DNA from: Girardia tigrina
Lineage: Eukaryota
Length of the DNA stretch: 50,821 bases
Assembly: GCA_001938485.1 (NCBI GenBank)
Contig: MQRK01213622.1
Span: 102,768 to 153,588, forward strand
Reading direction: 5' to 3'
In this document: one piece after another, positions 13,066 through 25,719 of the stretch
Layout: the number at the start of each line of letters is the position of its first letter
Position numbering within the stretch: the first letter of the stretch is position 1
Translations under genes and position numbers: made by a program
Notes under the pieces: generated by a model
Seen by the model: the letters and a program-made list of their open reading frames with translations, nothing else
Told to the model about the DNA's origin: nothing
The model's database searches: none

Positions 13066-13499
13066 GTAAGTCTTAATTATAATAATCAATTATTATAATA
13101 AACACAGAAAAAATTAAAAATAGTAAAAATCTATGAATTAAATTATATATAACTTTATTATTTATTTTTAAAACAAGTATAACAAATTTAACAGGAACTT
13201 TTGTCAAAATTGTCTTACTGGATAATTTACAAATTTATAAGGGATGTCCCTAATAATAAGAACGATGAAAATAAAATTTATATTTCTTTCGTTGCTCCGT
13301 AAAAAATAATCTTAGGAAGGATATTCCTTTGGAATATTTTGTATTTATTCTTTTTGGCCGATTATGAATATATGGATTGAGAGATTAATGTAATCCCAAA
13401 TCAGCAAAGACACTTTTATTCAAAACTATTAAAATGCCAACAATTATCAGTTTCTAAAAATTAAAAAATGATGGCAACTTATTTTTAAAAACAAAAATA

Positions 13500-14060
13500 C
13501 GCCATTTGTTAAATAGACATTTATTTTTTACGACAATTAATTTCGACCGTATAACCGTCATCGTCAGGTCTCAAGAAAAAATGAATTTTAAATCTGCTTA
13601 TACAGGCAAGCAGTGATTATGTCATCAAATGATTGTTATATCATCTAAACACGCTCAATAGGGTTTTGAGAGACCCGTTTGCACAGTAATCTTAGGATGT
13701 TAAGATCTGATATAAAGTGCTTTACAGACTACCCTCTCGCAATAGTTTTTAAAACGAGTACAACAGAATTTTAAAATCATTTATGTTTATATTTTCGTTC
13801 GAATTACTACCCTTTCTGTGTTCTGCAATATTACTCCCCCTACATTCCGACCATGTTCTCGGATTCTCCTACAGAGATGATGGGGCATCTCTCCATTGTA
13901 TGTGAAATTACACCAATTACATGTAAATTTATATACGAGATCCGAACATAATCCAAGTGGGGTTGGAAATTTATTACAAAATACATTTTGGATTTTATAT
14001 GTTTGTGATATTATTTTTAAATTAAATGCATTATTTACGCATTTTAAAATTGAACGTTTA
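13500..14060 (-). mobile_element. Penelope 3' fragment (GIY-YIG plus pseudo-LTR)
   Basis: ORF 13787-14095 contains LVYKFTCNWCNFTYNGE...HLCRRIREH; hammerhead core at 13531-13572. Confidence 0.8.
13531..13572 (-). ncRNA. Minimal type I hammerhead ribozyme
   Basis: Reverse complement gac-CTGACGA-tgacggttatacggtc-GAAA-ttaatt-gtc; stem I gac/gtc; palindromic stem III. Confidence 0.75.
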
Positions 14061-14544
14061 AATTGACCAAATTGAATATTGTAATAATAATACATAATAA
14101 TAATATTATAATAATATAATCTCCGATTGATTTGTAATGTTAGGTTCCATTATATGACATTTTTTCTGTTTGTGACTTGTTCCTAATGAAAATATTTTTT
14201 GTATAGGAATTTTTACTCTTAATGTAACCGGTGAAGAGGCGCGTAATTATGTTATATTTGTTGCATTTGTACTGTTACCTTACAAAAACAAGTTATTTCA
14301 AGTTTTAACTTTAAAATAATCGATGTTTGTATAATGAGATCAAATTTTAGCAAAAATATGAGATCCCCATGTGGTCCGATTAAGTGGCTTCTACATTACA
14401 TAAAAAATTATTGTTTTGAATTCTTAGCAACTATTTAATGATAAATAAATAAACTTCCTTTCGTATATTTGCTATTTTTATATCGTGGCTAGTGCAAGCA
14501 TTTGTTTAATTAACTAAGCATATATATATATATATATATATATA

Positions 14545-16034
14545 TAAGGAGTGGGGCGAAATTTTTTATTTTAATCAAACATGCATAAAAAGGTGCTCTA
14601 TGTATAGCATAAGCAGAAACGTAAAGTAGAATTGAAAACATTTGTGGTTATCAGGGTGCAACTTGATGATGATTGCTTGGAAAATTCCCCAATTTTCACC
14701 TAATTTTGAAATTTTACACATTTTACTTACTATTTATTAAGCATACTAAATTGATAAATTTATAATCTTTTATATCACCCCTACCTTCAATTTAACTAAA
14801 ATTTACTGATAATTTACGTTAATTACTAATAATTAATGTTTTTTTAAATAATTAATAAGCTGTCAATATGATATTTTTAATTATACAAGTTTTTGTTTTA
14901 AAAAATATAATAATATTTCAATTAAATTTAAAATGTTTATTATTTTTTTGCTAAAGGATTTTTATTATTAGAATCTAAAGCCTTTATCGATGACAGTATT
15001 ACTCACTCAAGAAAATATTTTCAAAACATACTATGAACTTTCTTCTGATAATAAATTTGACTATAATTATTTACAATGTGTAGAACATATTTCAGAACAA
15101 ATTATTTCATGATATGAAAAAGCTTCTCTTTCAATTAAAGAAAAAAGATAGTGTAATAGTAAAAGTGAAAAGATTAATATTAAAAGTAAGAAACTTGAAT
15201 AAATATCCAGATAATAAGAAAACATCAGAAAAATTTCTTAATGACGCTGACTCAATGAAGAACCCTTTTGATAATATGCTCTTGTAAGTGCCTTTCTAAA
15301 GGAGCTGAAAATAGATCAAGTTACTTTTGTAGTAAGAATAAAAAAAATCCAGAAATAGAGTGGCCTTTCTGGATTGACCAAAACAGTAAAACAATGATGA
15401 AAATAGGAGCTATTGTGAAAAGAACAACAGAAAAATTACAAAAAAAATAGAAGAAAGGAAATGCAAACGAAAAAATTAAAAAAATTAATTTTTCAGCAAC
15501 ATCTTTAATGGATATGGTAGATTGGTCAAAAACCAATTTATCTCTTCCACCACTCCTTGTCAGCAAATTAGAAGATATCAAAGATGCAAATAACCGATTC
15601 TTTATAGACAAATATCTATGTGACTTCCAGGCTGTAGAAAGAAATGTAAAGGATGTTAGCTCCGCAAGCAAAAGAGTTTATGGTCTTGTTTCGAGACGCG
15701 GCTTGATTCTCCAGCAAAGGAAATCGAGTATTGAGCACCCCAATATGGAAAAGAAGGCAGATGTTATGCAGAATGACATTTTTAACCTGTTATTGCAATA
15801 AAATATTTGAATAACAATTATTTCATCCTTAATGAAAGTTTCATTTCTTTTATTGATCTCGCTGTAAAATTTCCTTATTTTTGAATTATTTGCTATTTTA
15901 TAAATAAAAATTGCATCCTGATAACAAACTCGGACAGAAAAAAATTTAATACCACCTTATTCAGGACAGAAATGAGCACCTTTTTCTCTATGTTTGATTC
16001 ATGCAACAAAAGTTTCAAACTTTTTCGCCCAACC

Positions 16035-16038
<4 letters not shown>
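14545..16038 (+). mobile_element. Internally deleted DNA transposon, probably hAT-related (hATm-like)
   Basis: TIRs taaggagtggggcgaaa...aaaaaggtgctc and ttagggttgggcgaaa...aaaaaggtgctc. Transposase C-terminal remnant CDFQAVERNVKDVSSASKRVYG (15508-15801). (TA)n on both sides. Superfamily assignment is from recall and tentative. Confidence 0.6.

Positions 16039-16100
<62 letters not shown>
16039..16100. repeat. (TA)n(GA)n microsatellite
   Basis: Directly visible. Other (TA)n tracts near 1609, 1906, 14521, 19891, 46089, 49116 and 50795. Confidence 0.95.
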
Positions 16101-16103
<3 letters not shown>

Positions 16104-16130
16104 TATAATTTAAAGCTTTTTTATATAATT

Positions 16131-16172
16131 ATTGGACATGTTTCGATGTTTATATACATCATCATCAGCAAT
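16131..16172 (-). ncRNA. Minimal type I hammerhead ribozyme, intact core
   Basis: Reverse complement attg-CTGATGA-tGATGT-atataa-ACATC-GAAA-catg-TC-caat; GUC cleavage triplet; stem I attg/caat. Confidence 0.85.
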
Positions 16173-17413
16173 TTAAATACAATTTTAATAGATACAAAAA
16201 CTTTAAAAGGTATATTACGAATTAAATATTATTATTCATTAAAGTATTACTGGGTAATAATAGCAAAATTAAACTAAAATACATAAAGCTGGTCATCCAC
16301 TCCGCCCTGTTTTATCAATGATTGACACGGTTCAGTACTGAGTCGCGAAGGTTCTTAATTCACTATTGAGTCCTTTAATTTCAAATGATTTTGATATTAG
16401 GGATAGCTTTGACTTCCAAGATTTCATTTTGAATCAGGTACCGAAATGTAATTCTGAGTATATGATCTCATTTGATGTCTCCAGTTTATTCACGAACGTA
16501 CTATCGATGAAACCATTGATTTGTGTGAAAAGATGTGGGATGAAAACTCTAGCTCTGTGAATGAATTAATGAACAAGCAGGCACTGAAAGAACTTCTTAA
16601 ATTTTGTGCCAAAAATGTACCTTTTCTTTTTAGAAAGACGGTGTCACAATGGGTTCCCCATTAGCGCCAACTTTGGCATCAATCTTTATGAAGTCGCTTG
16701 AGGATAAAATGAATGCATACCCTGGTGAAAAACATGTGTTGTACAAGAGATATGTAGATGATGTCTTTTTGGTTTTCAGAAATCAATCCCTCATAGAACC
16801 ATTCTTAACATTAATGAATGGTCTTCATCCTAATATTAAATTTACCACAGAATTGGAAGTAGATAATAAACTTCCCTTTCTGGACATTCTTGTAACTAAG
16901 ATGAATGAAGGCTATAAAACTGAATTATTCAAAAAGGCAACAGATACAGATCTTGAAATAACACCACAGAGTTTTTGTGGGGGAAAATATATAGAGGGTA
17001 TGATAAAAGGGTTTGTTCACAGAGTTTGGAATTTGTCGTCCAGTTTTGAAATTGCAAATCAGGGTTTAAATATTCTTAGAAGGCGCTTGAGGGACAATAT
17101 GTATACAAATAAGCAAATAGAACACAACATTAGGGTAACATTAGACAAATTATGTACAGATGCACGAGTCAAGAAACAATTGAAAGAAGAAAATACTGAA
17201 GAATACAAACAAATCATTAAAATTCCATATTCTGAAGGATTTAGAGCTTTTAAGAAGAGTATTTGTAGAACAATAAGTAGTGCTAAAGTAGTCTCTGTCG
17301 CATCCAAAGTTCAAAGTTTCCTCTCAAACAAATCGAAAACAATTTGTGGTTTGCAAGCTAATCTGGTATATAAATTTAATTGTCACGGGCGTCAAAACTC
17401 GTACATCGGAGAG

Positions 17414-19305
17414 TTTGAGAGACAAACAGAAGCACAGCGCACGCGATTTGTATCTTACGAAAGATACAAGAAGAGGCCAGATACCGGAACATAAACGTAT
17501 TTGCTATTTTTATCGACCTTGAAAAGGCATTTGACAGCGTACCCAGGAAAGTTCTCTTGGATTGCCTTCAAGGAATTGGAATACAGGATCGGATGCTAAT
17601 TATCATCATGAAATTTCATGAAGGTTTCACGGGAAGCATTGGAAAGGATAAATTCAGTATGGACAAAGGAGTCCGTCAGGGTTTCCGTATTGGGTCCTCT
17701 ACTATTCAAACTTATCTTTGATCATGCAATTAAGACCGCGATGAAAGAAGGACTATCAGGTGGTGTGAAACTAAAATACAATGGGGAAGAGATGACCGTG
17801 AACAGACTTGCTTATGCAGACGACCTTTGCTTGCTGGACGAGGACTATGGAAATGTCGAACGGAATCTCACGTGTCTCAACACTGTGTTCTTGAATATGG
17901 GGTTCAAAATCAACATTGGGAAAACAAAAATCCTGAATCTCAATGGAGCAAAGTATATTACGGCAAGAGACGAGCTGAATGCCGGAATAGAAACGGTGGA
18001 CGAATTCTGCTACCTGGGATCGATAATTGAAAGGGGAAGAAGCTCAGGTACGGACATCAAAGCCAGAATTCAGAAAGGAGCAGCCAAATTACGGACGATC
18101 AGACCAGTGTTGAAGAACAACAAATTGTCTCTCCGGAATAAGAAGAACATAATTAGCAGCTGTGTATTCCCAGTGGTTTACTACAGCTGGGAAAATTGGT
18201 GGACAAATGAAGTACACGTGAAAAAGCTAAAAGCATTTCACAATCTATGTACTCGGCGAACTTTATGGATTTCGAAAGCCGAAAGGATCAGGATTAATGA
18301 GATATCAATTGGACTGCAAAGCCCAATGGATATCATCACGTGGAGAAGAATCGTACACAATACCAAGGTCGATTTAGAAGAATGTCCGGAGAACGTCAAG
18401 CAGATCAGTGGATGCGAACTCATTGGAGGAAAGAAGATCAACGGTCGGAGAAAGCAACATCTGGTAGAATATCTCAGAGTGGATGCTCACTGGCACTTTG
18501 GAGCCGAGTACAGTTTCGGTGAATTTAAAAGAGACGTTCTGCAGGAAAACTTACTGAAGATGGATGGAAAGATCGAGAAAGTATTCCGACTGAAGAGAAT
18601 TCAAAGAAGCGGGGACGAGCAAACACTAAGTCTGGTGCTACCTCGTCTGAAAGAACACAGCTGCCCGATGCATGCCTGTTACAAACAATATGCGGAAGTG
18701 AAGGAGTTAAACAGGCATCTCAGAAGAGATCACGAAGGAGCAGAGCCGATCCCGCGGAAGAAGAGAGAGAAGAAAGCCCAGCCACGTCAGAAGAAAAGGA
18801 AATATCAATGTCAACACTGTCCGAGGGAATACAAGGCCGCTGGTTTCCTAAGGATTCATATTCAGAAGAATCATCAAGAAGCGCCAACATCCAACACCCA
18901 GAGAGAAGAAAACTTAGAAGAAGAGAACGAGGAAGAGCCGACATCAAACCAATCAAATCCTCAGTTGCCGGATGCAACTGTGAGTATGCCGAGGATACAG
19001 CCGAACGACGATGCCGAAGAGACGCACCTACAATACAGACTGCCAGCCGATTACAAGACTGCAAGAGGACAATTCAAGTGCCCATTTAGCGGTTGTTACG
19101 CGTCCACCGTAACAGCCAACGGCATGTACGGCCATGGTACCAAGTTCCATGGCTGGTCGTTCGTTACTGGCAAGCCGACTGCTCAGAGGCGGAAGGCCAC
19201 TGACCCCGTAGGAGGCCTATCGGGGGGCCCTTAAGGACTTTAGTTTGGGTGGACCCTCTAAAGAGCCTTAGGTTCAATATCATTACAGAGATGGGAGGCC
19301 CACAT
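17414..19305 (+). mobile_element. 5'-truncated RTE-like LINE (RT plus three C2H2 zinc fingers)
   Basis: Motifs FIDLEKAFDSVPR, GVRQG, LGPLLF, LAYADD, FCYLGS in and upstream of ORF 17618-19234. 11-bp TSD acatcggagag (17403-17413 and 19302-19312). Confidence 0.9.
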
Positions 19306-19783
19306 CGGAGAGACAAATCGTCATCTCAAAACCCGGATTAGCGAGCACTCGCAAATGAGTCGATCGAGTAAGGTTCTTGATCATTGGTTATGNNNNNNNN
19401 NNNNNNNNNNNNNNNNNNNNNNNNNNNNNNNNNNNNNNNNNNACCCGGATTAGCGAGCACTCGCAAATGAGTCGATCGAGTAAGGTTCTTGATCATTGGT
19501 TATGTTGTAAGGATAGAACCTCATCCATTTCAAAAGATGAGTTTTTTGTTCTACAAAAGGGATTTGATTCACATTGCGATCGACAGTTTTGTGAATCTCT
19601 ACTAATAAGACACTACAACCCATCAATTAACATTCAGAATGGGCAAAGTAAGGTTATTTCAATACTTAAAATTTTTAATTAAAATATTTTTGCCATTATT
19701 ACCCAATAATCCTCTAATGAATAATAATATTTCATACGTAATATACCTTTTAAAGTTAATGTATCTATTAAAATTGTATTAAA

Positions 19784-19818
19784 ATTGCTGATGATAAAAA
19801 CATCGAAACATGTCCAAT
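19784..19818 (+). ncRNA. Hammerhead ribozyme copy with a stem II deletion
   Basis: attg-CTGATGA-taaaaacatc-GAAA-catgtc-caat. Confidence 0.6.
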
Positions 19819-19884
19819 AATTATATAAAAAAAGCTTTAATCAAATTATATTTTCAAAATATTAAACTTGCGTTCACAAGACTC

Positions 19885-19919
<35 letters not shown>

Positions 19920-20307
19920 NNNNNNNNNNNNNNNNNNNNNNNNNNNNNNNNNNNNNNNNNNNNNNNNNNATATAATACCAAATTTATTAAAAAATAAAAA
20001 TATTATATATTGTATAATAAAAAAAATCCTTTAGAATTTATTGATTAATTTTTTAGTAAAAAAGTTTTAATACACAAATATATAAGTTTTAGTAGTTTCA
20101 GATACAAAACGATACATTTTAACAAAATGAAGTTTTTTAGAGTGAATAAATTTTTAGTTTTGGAAAACTTTCTAAATCGTTACAAATTATGATATCTTTT
20201 ATTTAAGTTTAATTTATATTATATTCAAATAAATTCAATTTTCTATACAATTTAGTCAGACAAACATTTGATAAAATAAATTCAATATTTTTATTAAAAA
20301 ACTAATA

Positions 20308-20497
20308 CAGTCGATTGTTGATAATCGCGTATTTATAGACCGAGAAAAACGTGTTTCGGGCTGATCATCGAATTTGATCGGAATAAAGAATGTTAAAAAA
20401 TGTTTTAAAATATAAAAAAATCATAATGAAAAGATTTATATTTGACTAAACTTGTTCTTTTCTGTTCTATAATGCGCAGATTAGCGAGAGTCGATTG
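20308..20497. mobile_element. pogo-type MITE
   Basis: TA-flanked TIRs cagtcgattgttgataatcgcg versus (reverse complement) caatcgactctcgctaatctgcg. Confidence 0.55.
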
Positions 20498-20689
20498 TAT
20501 CAGTTTGAACTAAACTCTTCATCCCTCTGAGGTACAAATGAATACCGAAAAATATTTTAAAATTAAAATATCTGGGGAACAAAAGGATTAATAAAAGAAA
20601 AAAATACTCAGTAAATTACATGTAACAAAATGAAAAAAAAAGAAAACGGAAATTAAAAAAAATGAATCTGTCTTATTAACTTTATTTAC

Positions 20690-21080
20690 CAAATTTTTGA
20701 AATTACAACACCAGTTTCCATTCCTCTTTCACATTAACATCTCAATTTTAACTAAATTAATTTCTTCAATATATTTTTGGCTGACATAAGTCGATTTGTT
20801 TACCACCGCATTCATTTAAATTATTCCAATCTCTCTTTTAAAAAATGGAACAAAACTTTATTCCTAAGTTATCTTCATGAGTAAATGTTTTAACCTGATT
20901 TGATCCACCACAGTTATATTGCCAAGGTATCTCTGTCCTTCTGTATATCGATCACTTTCATACATGTAAAGATCTCTTTTAGTATATCTATCATTCCTAA
21001 AGTCCGATTTGAAAATCTAAAACATGATTTTTATTTTATGATGTCCTTTAAAAAGGCATCAAAATATTAATAAAAATGGA
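20690..21080 (-). mobile_element. Degenerate CR1/L2-like LINE 3' fragment
   Basis: Minus-strand remnant RDWNNLNE..VVN resembles the WNxL...VV C-terminal motif, followed by AATAAA. Confidence 0.4.
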
Positions 21081-21797
21081 CATATAAATTATTGAAAAAG
21101 TAGTAACCCAAAAATGGATTTCAAAAGAGCATACTTGCAGATTCACATTGAGCAAAGTTTGGGGGTTCATCAAACGGTAAGGTGGCGAGGTAAAACGTTC
21201 TTACTTACTCATTTAGGATTTGGATTATGCTCAGCACCAAATATCATAACGAAGATTGTAGATCAATTTGAACGATGATCTCAAACGAGGTGTATCCAGC
21301 TATATTTATAACTTATATTGTGACGAGACATATATTACTGTGCAAGAGGTGCGAAGGCATTTCCTTGAGTGGGGTTTGGAATCGAAAGAACCGGAGAAAA
21401 TTTGGAAAAATGATCCGGTTAGATTGTTAGTTCTAAAAATAGATAAAGACTGGAATTGGTCCAGAGACCGAGAAGTTTCGGAGTTAGAAGGTGAAAAGAT
21501 AACAAGACGAAATCTACACAGCTTTGTTGAGGAACTAATAAATCACCTACCCATTTGTGGACAATTGAGAATCATGTGCTCAATGTTAAAAAGGATGACA
21601 GCTGCGGAAGAGAAACACTGGGATGAACCTGTAGTAATCGAAGTATTACAGAAGGTGAAAAGTATTAAAATATTTTTCATAGAGAATTGTGATCCAAGTA
21701 AGGGAAGATGGCCAGGGAAACAGGACTCACCAATGACGATTTGGACTGATTCGAGCTCAGAGGTAATTGGAGTCTTGTTGGAAGTGGATAATGAGAT

Positions 21798-23207
21798 TGT
21801 TGGGTTCTTGATCAATATTAGAATTCATTAACACCAAAAATTTATTAATAACACAATTAACAATTATTCAAACAATTTTTAGTTAACAATTTTTATTGTA
21901 ATAAAAATTGTTGTTTTTAATAAAAAAATTTTTGTAGAGGAACTTTTCTATCGTTTTCTTTATGACCAGATACTTATATAAAAATATGAAATTATAAATA
22001 TAAATAACTGATAAGTTATTTAAAATTGAAAATTTTTAATTCTATTTATTTGAAAATTTACATTCATTATTTTTAAATTAAAACCAACAAAATTTTGTTG
22101 TCATATTTTTACTAAATTAACTTTTATTAAGAACACCAATTTGATTTTTTATATTTTTATTTAAACAACAACTTTGATTGTCCTCAAAACAATCTCTGTC
22201 AAAACTTTCGTACATTTGCATTCAAAGCGAAATTGATTAATAGTTTAATTCTCATAACTTTTTTAGAAAATGGGGAAATAAATATTTAAATAAAATATTC
22301 ACTCAAAACTTATTGGATAATAATTAAAATGATAATTAATTATTTAAANNNNNNNNNNNNNNNNNNNNNNNNNNNNNNNNNNNNNNNNNNNNNNNNNNAT
22401 TAATTATTTAAAAAATATTAATTTGATTTATTTATTAAATATTATAAAAATTAATTAATTTATTTAAAATTTTAAAATTATATGAAATTAAAAATAAATT
22501 TAAACATTACATATTTTAAATAATAAGAATTAAAATATTAATCATCCATCTGAGTAGGAGACACATTTCCAAATCAACATACAACATTGAAGTACAAAAC
22601 ATCAAACATTCAAATATTCCTCACAACTTTAATGATTTTTTATTATTTTAGAATTAGTTTAATGTTATTTCTCTTTTTTTTGTGAAACATTTCAAATTAA
22701 TAAAGATTTTAACGTTTTATTTTTTTCATTATTTAAAAATTTTATTATTAATATTTAAAAGCATTTTTACCTACAATTATTTTAATTACCATACAATTTA
22801 AATACCAAAAAATAATTTATAGTATTTTACAGTAATTTACAAATTTTATTATTATTACGATACGTTAATGATAAAAGTCATAATTAATTTTTTTTCACAA
22901 AACTATTTAGAATAACTTTTAAAATTATTACAACCTATTTTATCCTTGTATTTATATATATTTTTTAATCAATTATTTAAAAATCCATTATTTCCCAATT
23001 AATTTCATTTTAAGTTTATTTTTTACTCTACAAATAAAATTCGATTATTCTAGAAAATAACTTTTTAAAATTAATTACGATATATTTTTACATTATAAAT
23101 GTTTTAGAAAAGTTTTGATTTTAAATATTTACTTATTTCAAATATTATTTATAAAAATTATTTATTCAAAAATTTAAAGAATGAGCTTTTCACATGAGTC
23201 CTTCACA
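21798..23207 (-). mobile_element. Solo-LTR-like element, family 2 (about 900 bp plus nested copy C)
   Basis: Exact TSD GAGAT (21793-21797 and 23208-23212); TG...CA ends. Removing it restores the Gypsy reading NEIIEDAAWLR. Confidence 0.88.
22125..22625 (-). mobile_element. Solo-LTR-like element, family 1, copy C
   Basis: Exact TSD ACTTT (22120-22124 and 22626-22630). Ends TGTGAGGAATATT...GTTCTTAATA; motif CTCCTACTCAGATGG. Contains an N gap. Confidence 0.8.
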
Positions 23208-24939
23208 GAGATCATAGAAGACGCCGCTTGGTTGAGACCCAAGGACGACCTAAATCACATAAATCGTAGCGAATTGGATGCTGCAATCAAGGGAATAAAC
23301 TTAGCGGTCAAATGGGGTGCGCGCAGACTGATCCTAAAGGTGGATTCGAAAACAGTGTACGGATGGCTCAACTCAATAATCAATAAAACTCACAATGAGA
23401 AAATACATGCATTAAGTGAGATAGTTATTCGAAGGCGGCTTGAAAGTGTTTGCGAAATCATCGAGGAAGAAGAATTATGTTTATCAATTGAGCTTGTTGC
23501 ATCCGCAGATAACAAAGCTGACAGATTAACACGCTTTCCAAATCAGTGGAATGTAAGGTCACAAACCAAAATTCAGAATTTGGAGAAGGAAATCGAAAAA
23601 AATCATAACCGTTGTCACTTGGGTGTGCAACGCACATTGGAATTGGGCAGAGTGAAAATGTGATCCGAAGTATGGAAAGAGAAGGTGGAAGCCTGTATTA
23701 AAAACTGTGACAGGTGTTGTCATGTGGATCCAGCGATAATGCACAGATGGGAGAAGGGACACCTGTTGTGTAATGAGCTGTGGGAAAGTATTGCAATCGA
23801 CATATCGCATGTGAATGGAAAACCATACCTCACATTGATAGATGGTTACTCTGGATTTACAGTGTGGAGGCAGCTCAGAAATGAATCAGCCAATGAGGTT
23901 GTTTTATACTTAAGGCAAATCATCGTAGAATACGGGTCACCGGATTCTTTCATGTCTTACAATGGAACAATTTTTCAACGACGAGATGTCAACCAACTTT
24001 GCCAAGAGTGGGTAGTTAGACAAGAATATTCATGTGCATACAGGCCTCAAGGCAATGGTGTAATTGAAAGAGTACACAGAACAATCAAACGATCAGTAGG
24101 CAGAACTGGAGGATCGGTTGAAGAATCCGTCTTTTGGTACAACAACACTGCTGGGATACATGGGAAAGCACCGTACGAATTGATGTTTGGGTATGTATCT
24201 CGGAAAGCCGGAGTCAGCAATGTCAGGACAAAATCTAACTGTGAACCAAAACAGGTAGAGTGCGAGAACGACTACTGTGACGTTGCTCGTAATCATTAGT
24301 TGTCGGCGACAGGGTTTATTTAAAGCCTGACAGTAAAAGATGTGATGAAGAATGAAGTGGGCCTCATCAAGTGACAATGATCATCTTAAGAGTTTTGGTT
24401 GAGATAAATGATGATGTTTTGGCGAGGCATGTTTCGTTTTTGCGTCTTACACCAAATAGAAGAAAACATAGCCTAGAAGACGAATGGGCAGAATGCTCAA
24501 TGGAGAGAGAGTTCACAATAGAGAACTATCCCGATGAGGTACCCGATGAAGGCCAGAATTAGTCGGCAAGACCACAACGCTCCAGGAGGACTCCTCGATG
24601 GCATGAAGACTACGACTTTGGTTGATCAGTTTGGTGTGTCCACCAAGGGGGGCGTGTGACGATATTATGATGAAATTGCAAAAATATTATAAAAATAATT
24701 TATTGTATATTTGTTTTAATATTCAGATATTTGTATTTGAATTCAATAAAGCATATTCTTGTTTCTGTTTTATTTATCTTTATATAAAAATACTTACGAG
24801 AGTTTTGTTTATGATTGTCCTTAGAAGAATTCAAATTGTAGTAATATTAAACATTTCGACAAATATAGTGTTTATTAATGTGATTTTTTTTCTGTCTGCA
24901 TAAAGAATGGATATAAAAAAAAATTTTTTGATTTACTAG

Positions 24940-25711
24940 TTTAGTTGCTTTTTTTGGAATTTCCCTATTGCAGTGATAGAGAGTATTTAACTATTATTTA
25001 TTGTTTTACGATGCCAGTCAGACGTTTATCAATAGATATAAGAGCTGAAATTGCTGTCCAGTATCCACAAAATAGTATGGAAGAATTGTCAAAGCGGTAT
25101 AGTGTGTCCAAATGTGTAATTCATAACAATGTCAAGAAAAACAGAGAGATGGGGACAGTTTCAGATCGGCCCAGATCAGGACATCCACGAATTTCCACAA
25201 CAAGAGATGATAGCACCTTGGTTCGTCTCGCATTGCGCAACAGATTCTACTCAGCAATGGCTCTACAATATTAGTGAAGTGTTCCAGCCTCAACTTCAAC
25301 CATCAAGCGTCACCTTTCCAATGCTGGCCTCCGATAATGTGTGTCAAGGAAGAAATCTCCTCTAACATCCCTTCACAGGAAACAGCGTCTTCTAGGGTGC
25401 AAAGCTCGTAAGAATTGGACTTTAGATCAGTGATGATCTATAATATTTGCGGATGAGTTTAGGAGTTAAATCGACTGGGGGTCACATTATCCCCTGCTTT
25501 AATACGACAATATGTCGACTCTATGTCACGTAGATACTGTGTGCTGTAATTGTAGCTAAGGGAGGCAATACATGTAACTAATGACATGTATTATCTCGGA
25601 AAATCATTTCTTCATTGTTACAATGTTTGGCTCATTGTGGAAAACAATTAGTCTTTCTATTTACAAATATGCGAAATTTTAACATCGTTTTAAAAATTTT
25701 GAGTATAACTG
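24940..25711 (+). mobile_element. Tc1-like transposon remnant
   Basis: HTH region ...DRPRSGHPRISTTRDD..., plus W...IFADE remnant. Right TIR ...ttttgagtataactg followed by TA. Confidence 0.8.
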
Positions 25712-25719
25712 TATACATA

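Larger units (their letters stand above)
16101..19860 (+). mobile_element. Penelope-like element (RT plus GIY-YIG) with inverted 5' pseudo-LTR, interrupted by a LINE
   Basis: Motifs KIHKAGHPLRPV, SFDVSSLFTNV, MGSPLAP, RYVDD, LPFLDI, LVYKFNC...YIGETNRHL, CESLLIRHYNPSIN. 16101-16265 is the reverse complement of about 19690-19857. Confidence 0.92.
21100..24800 (+). mobile_element. Gypsy LTR-retrotransposon remnant (RT/RNase H, integrase, PPT, start of 3' LTR)
   Basis: WTDSS...EDAAWLR...SELDA...VDSKTV...NKADRL (RNase H); HNRCHLG...CDRC zinc-binding motif; IDI...D...NGVIERVHRTIK (integrase). PPT aagggggg at 24645-24652, then TGTGACG at 24655. Confidence 0.9.

Noticed and set aside
16649-17494. 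Novel C-terminus on the Penelope RT ORF
   Set aside because: The residues after YIGE are read-through into the inserted LINE.
19331-19503. Exact ~60-bp direct repeat
   Set aside because: It flanks an N gap and is most likely an unmerged contig overlap.
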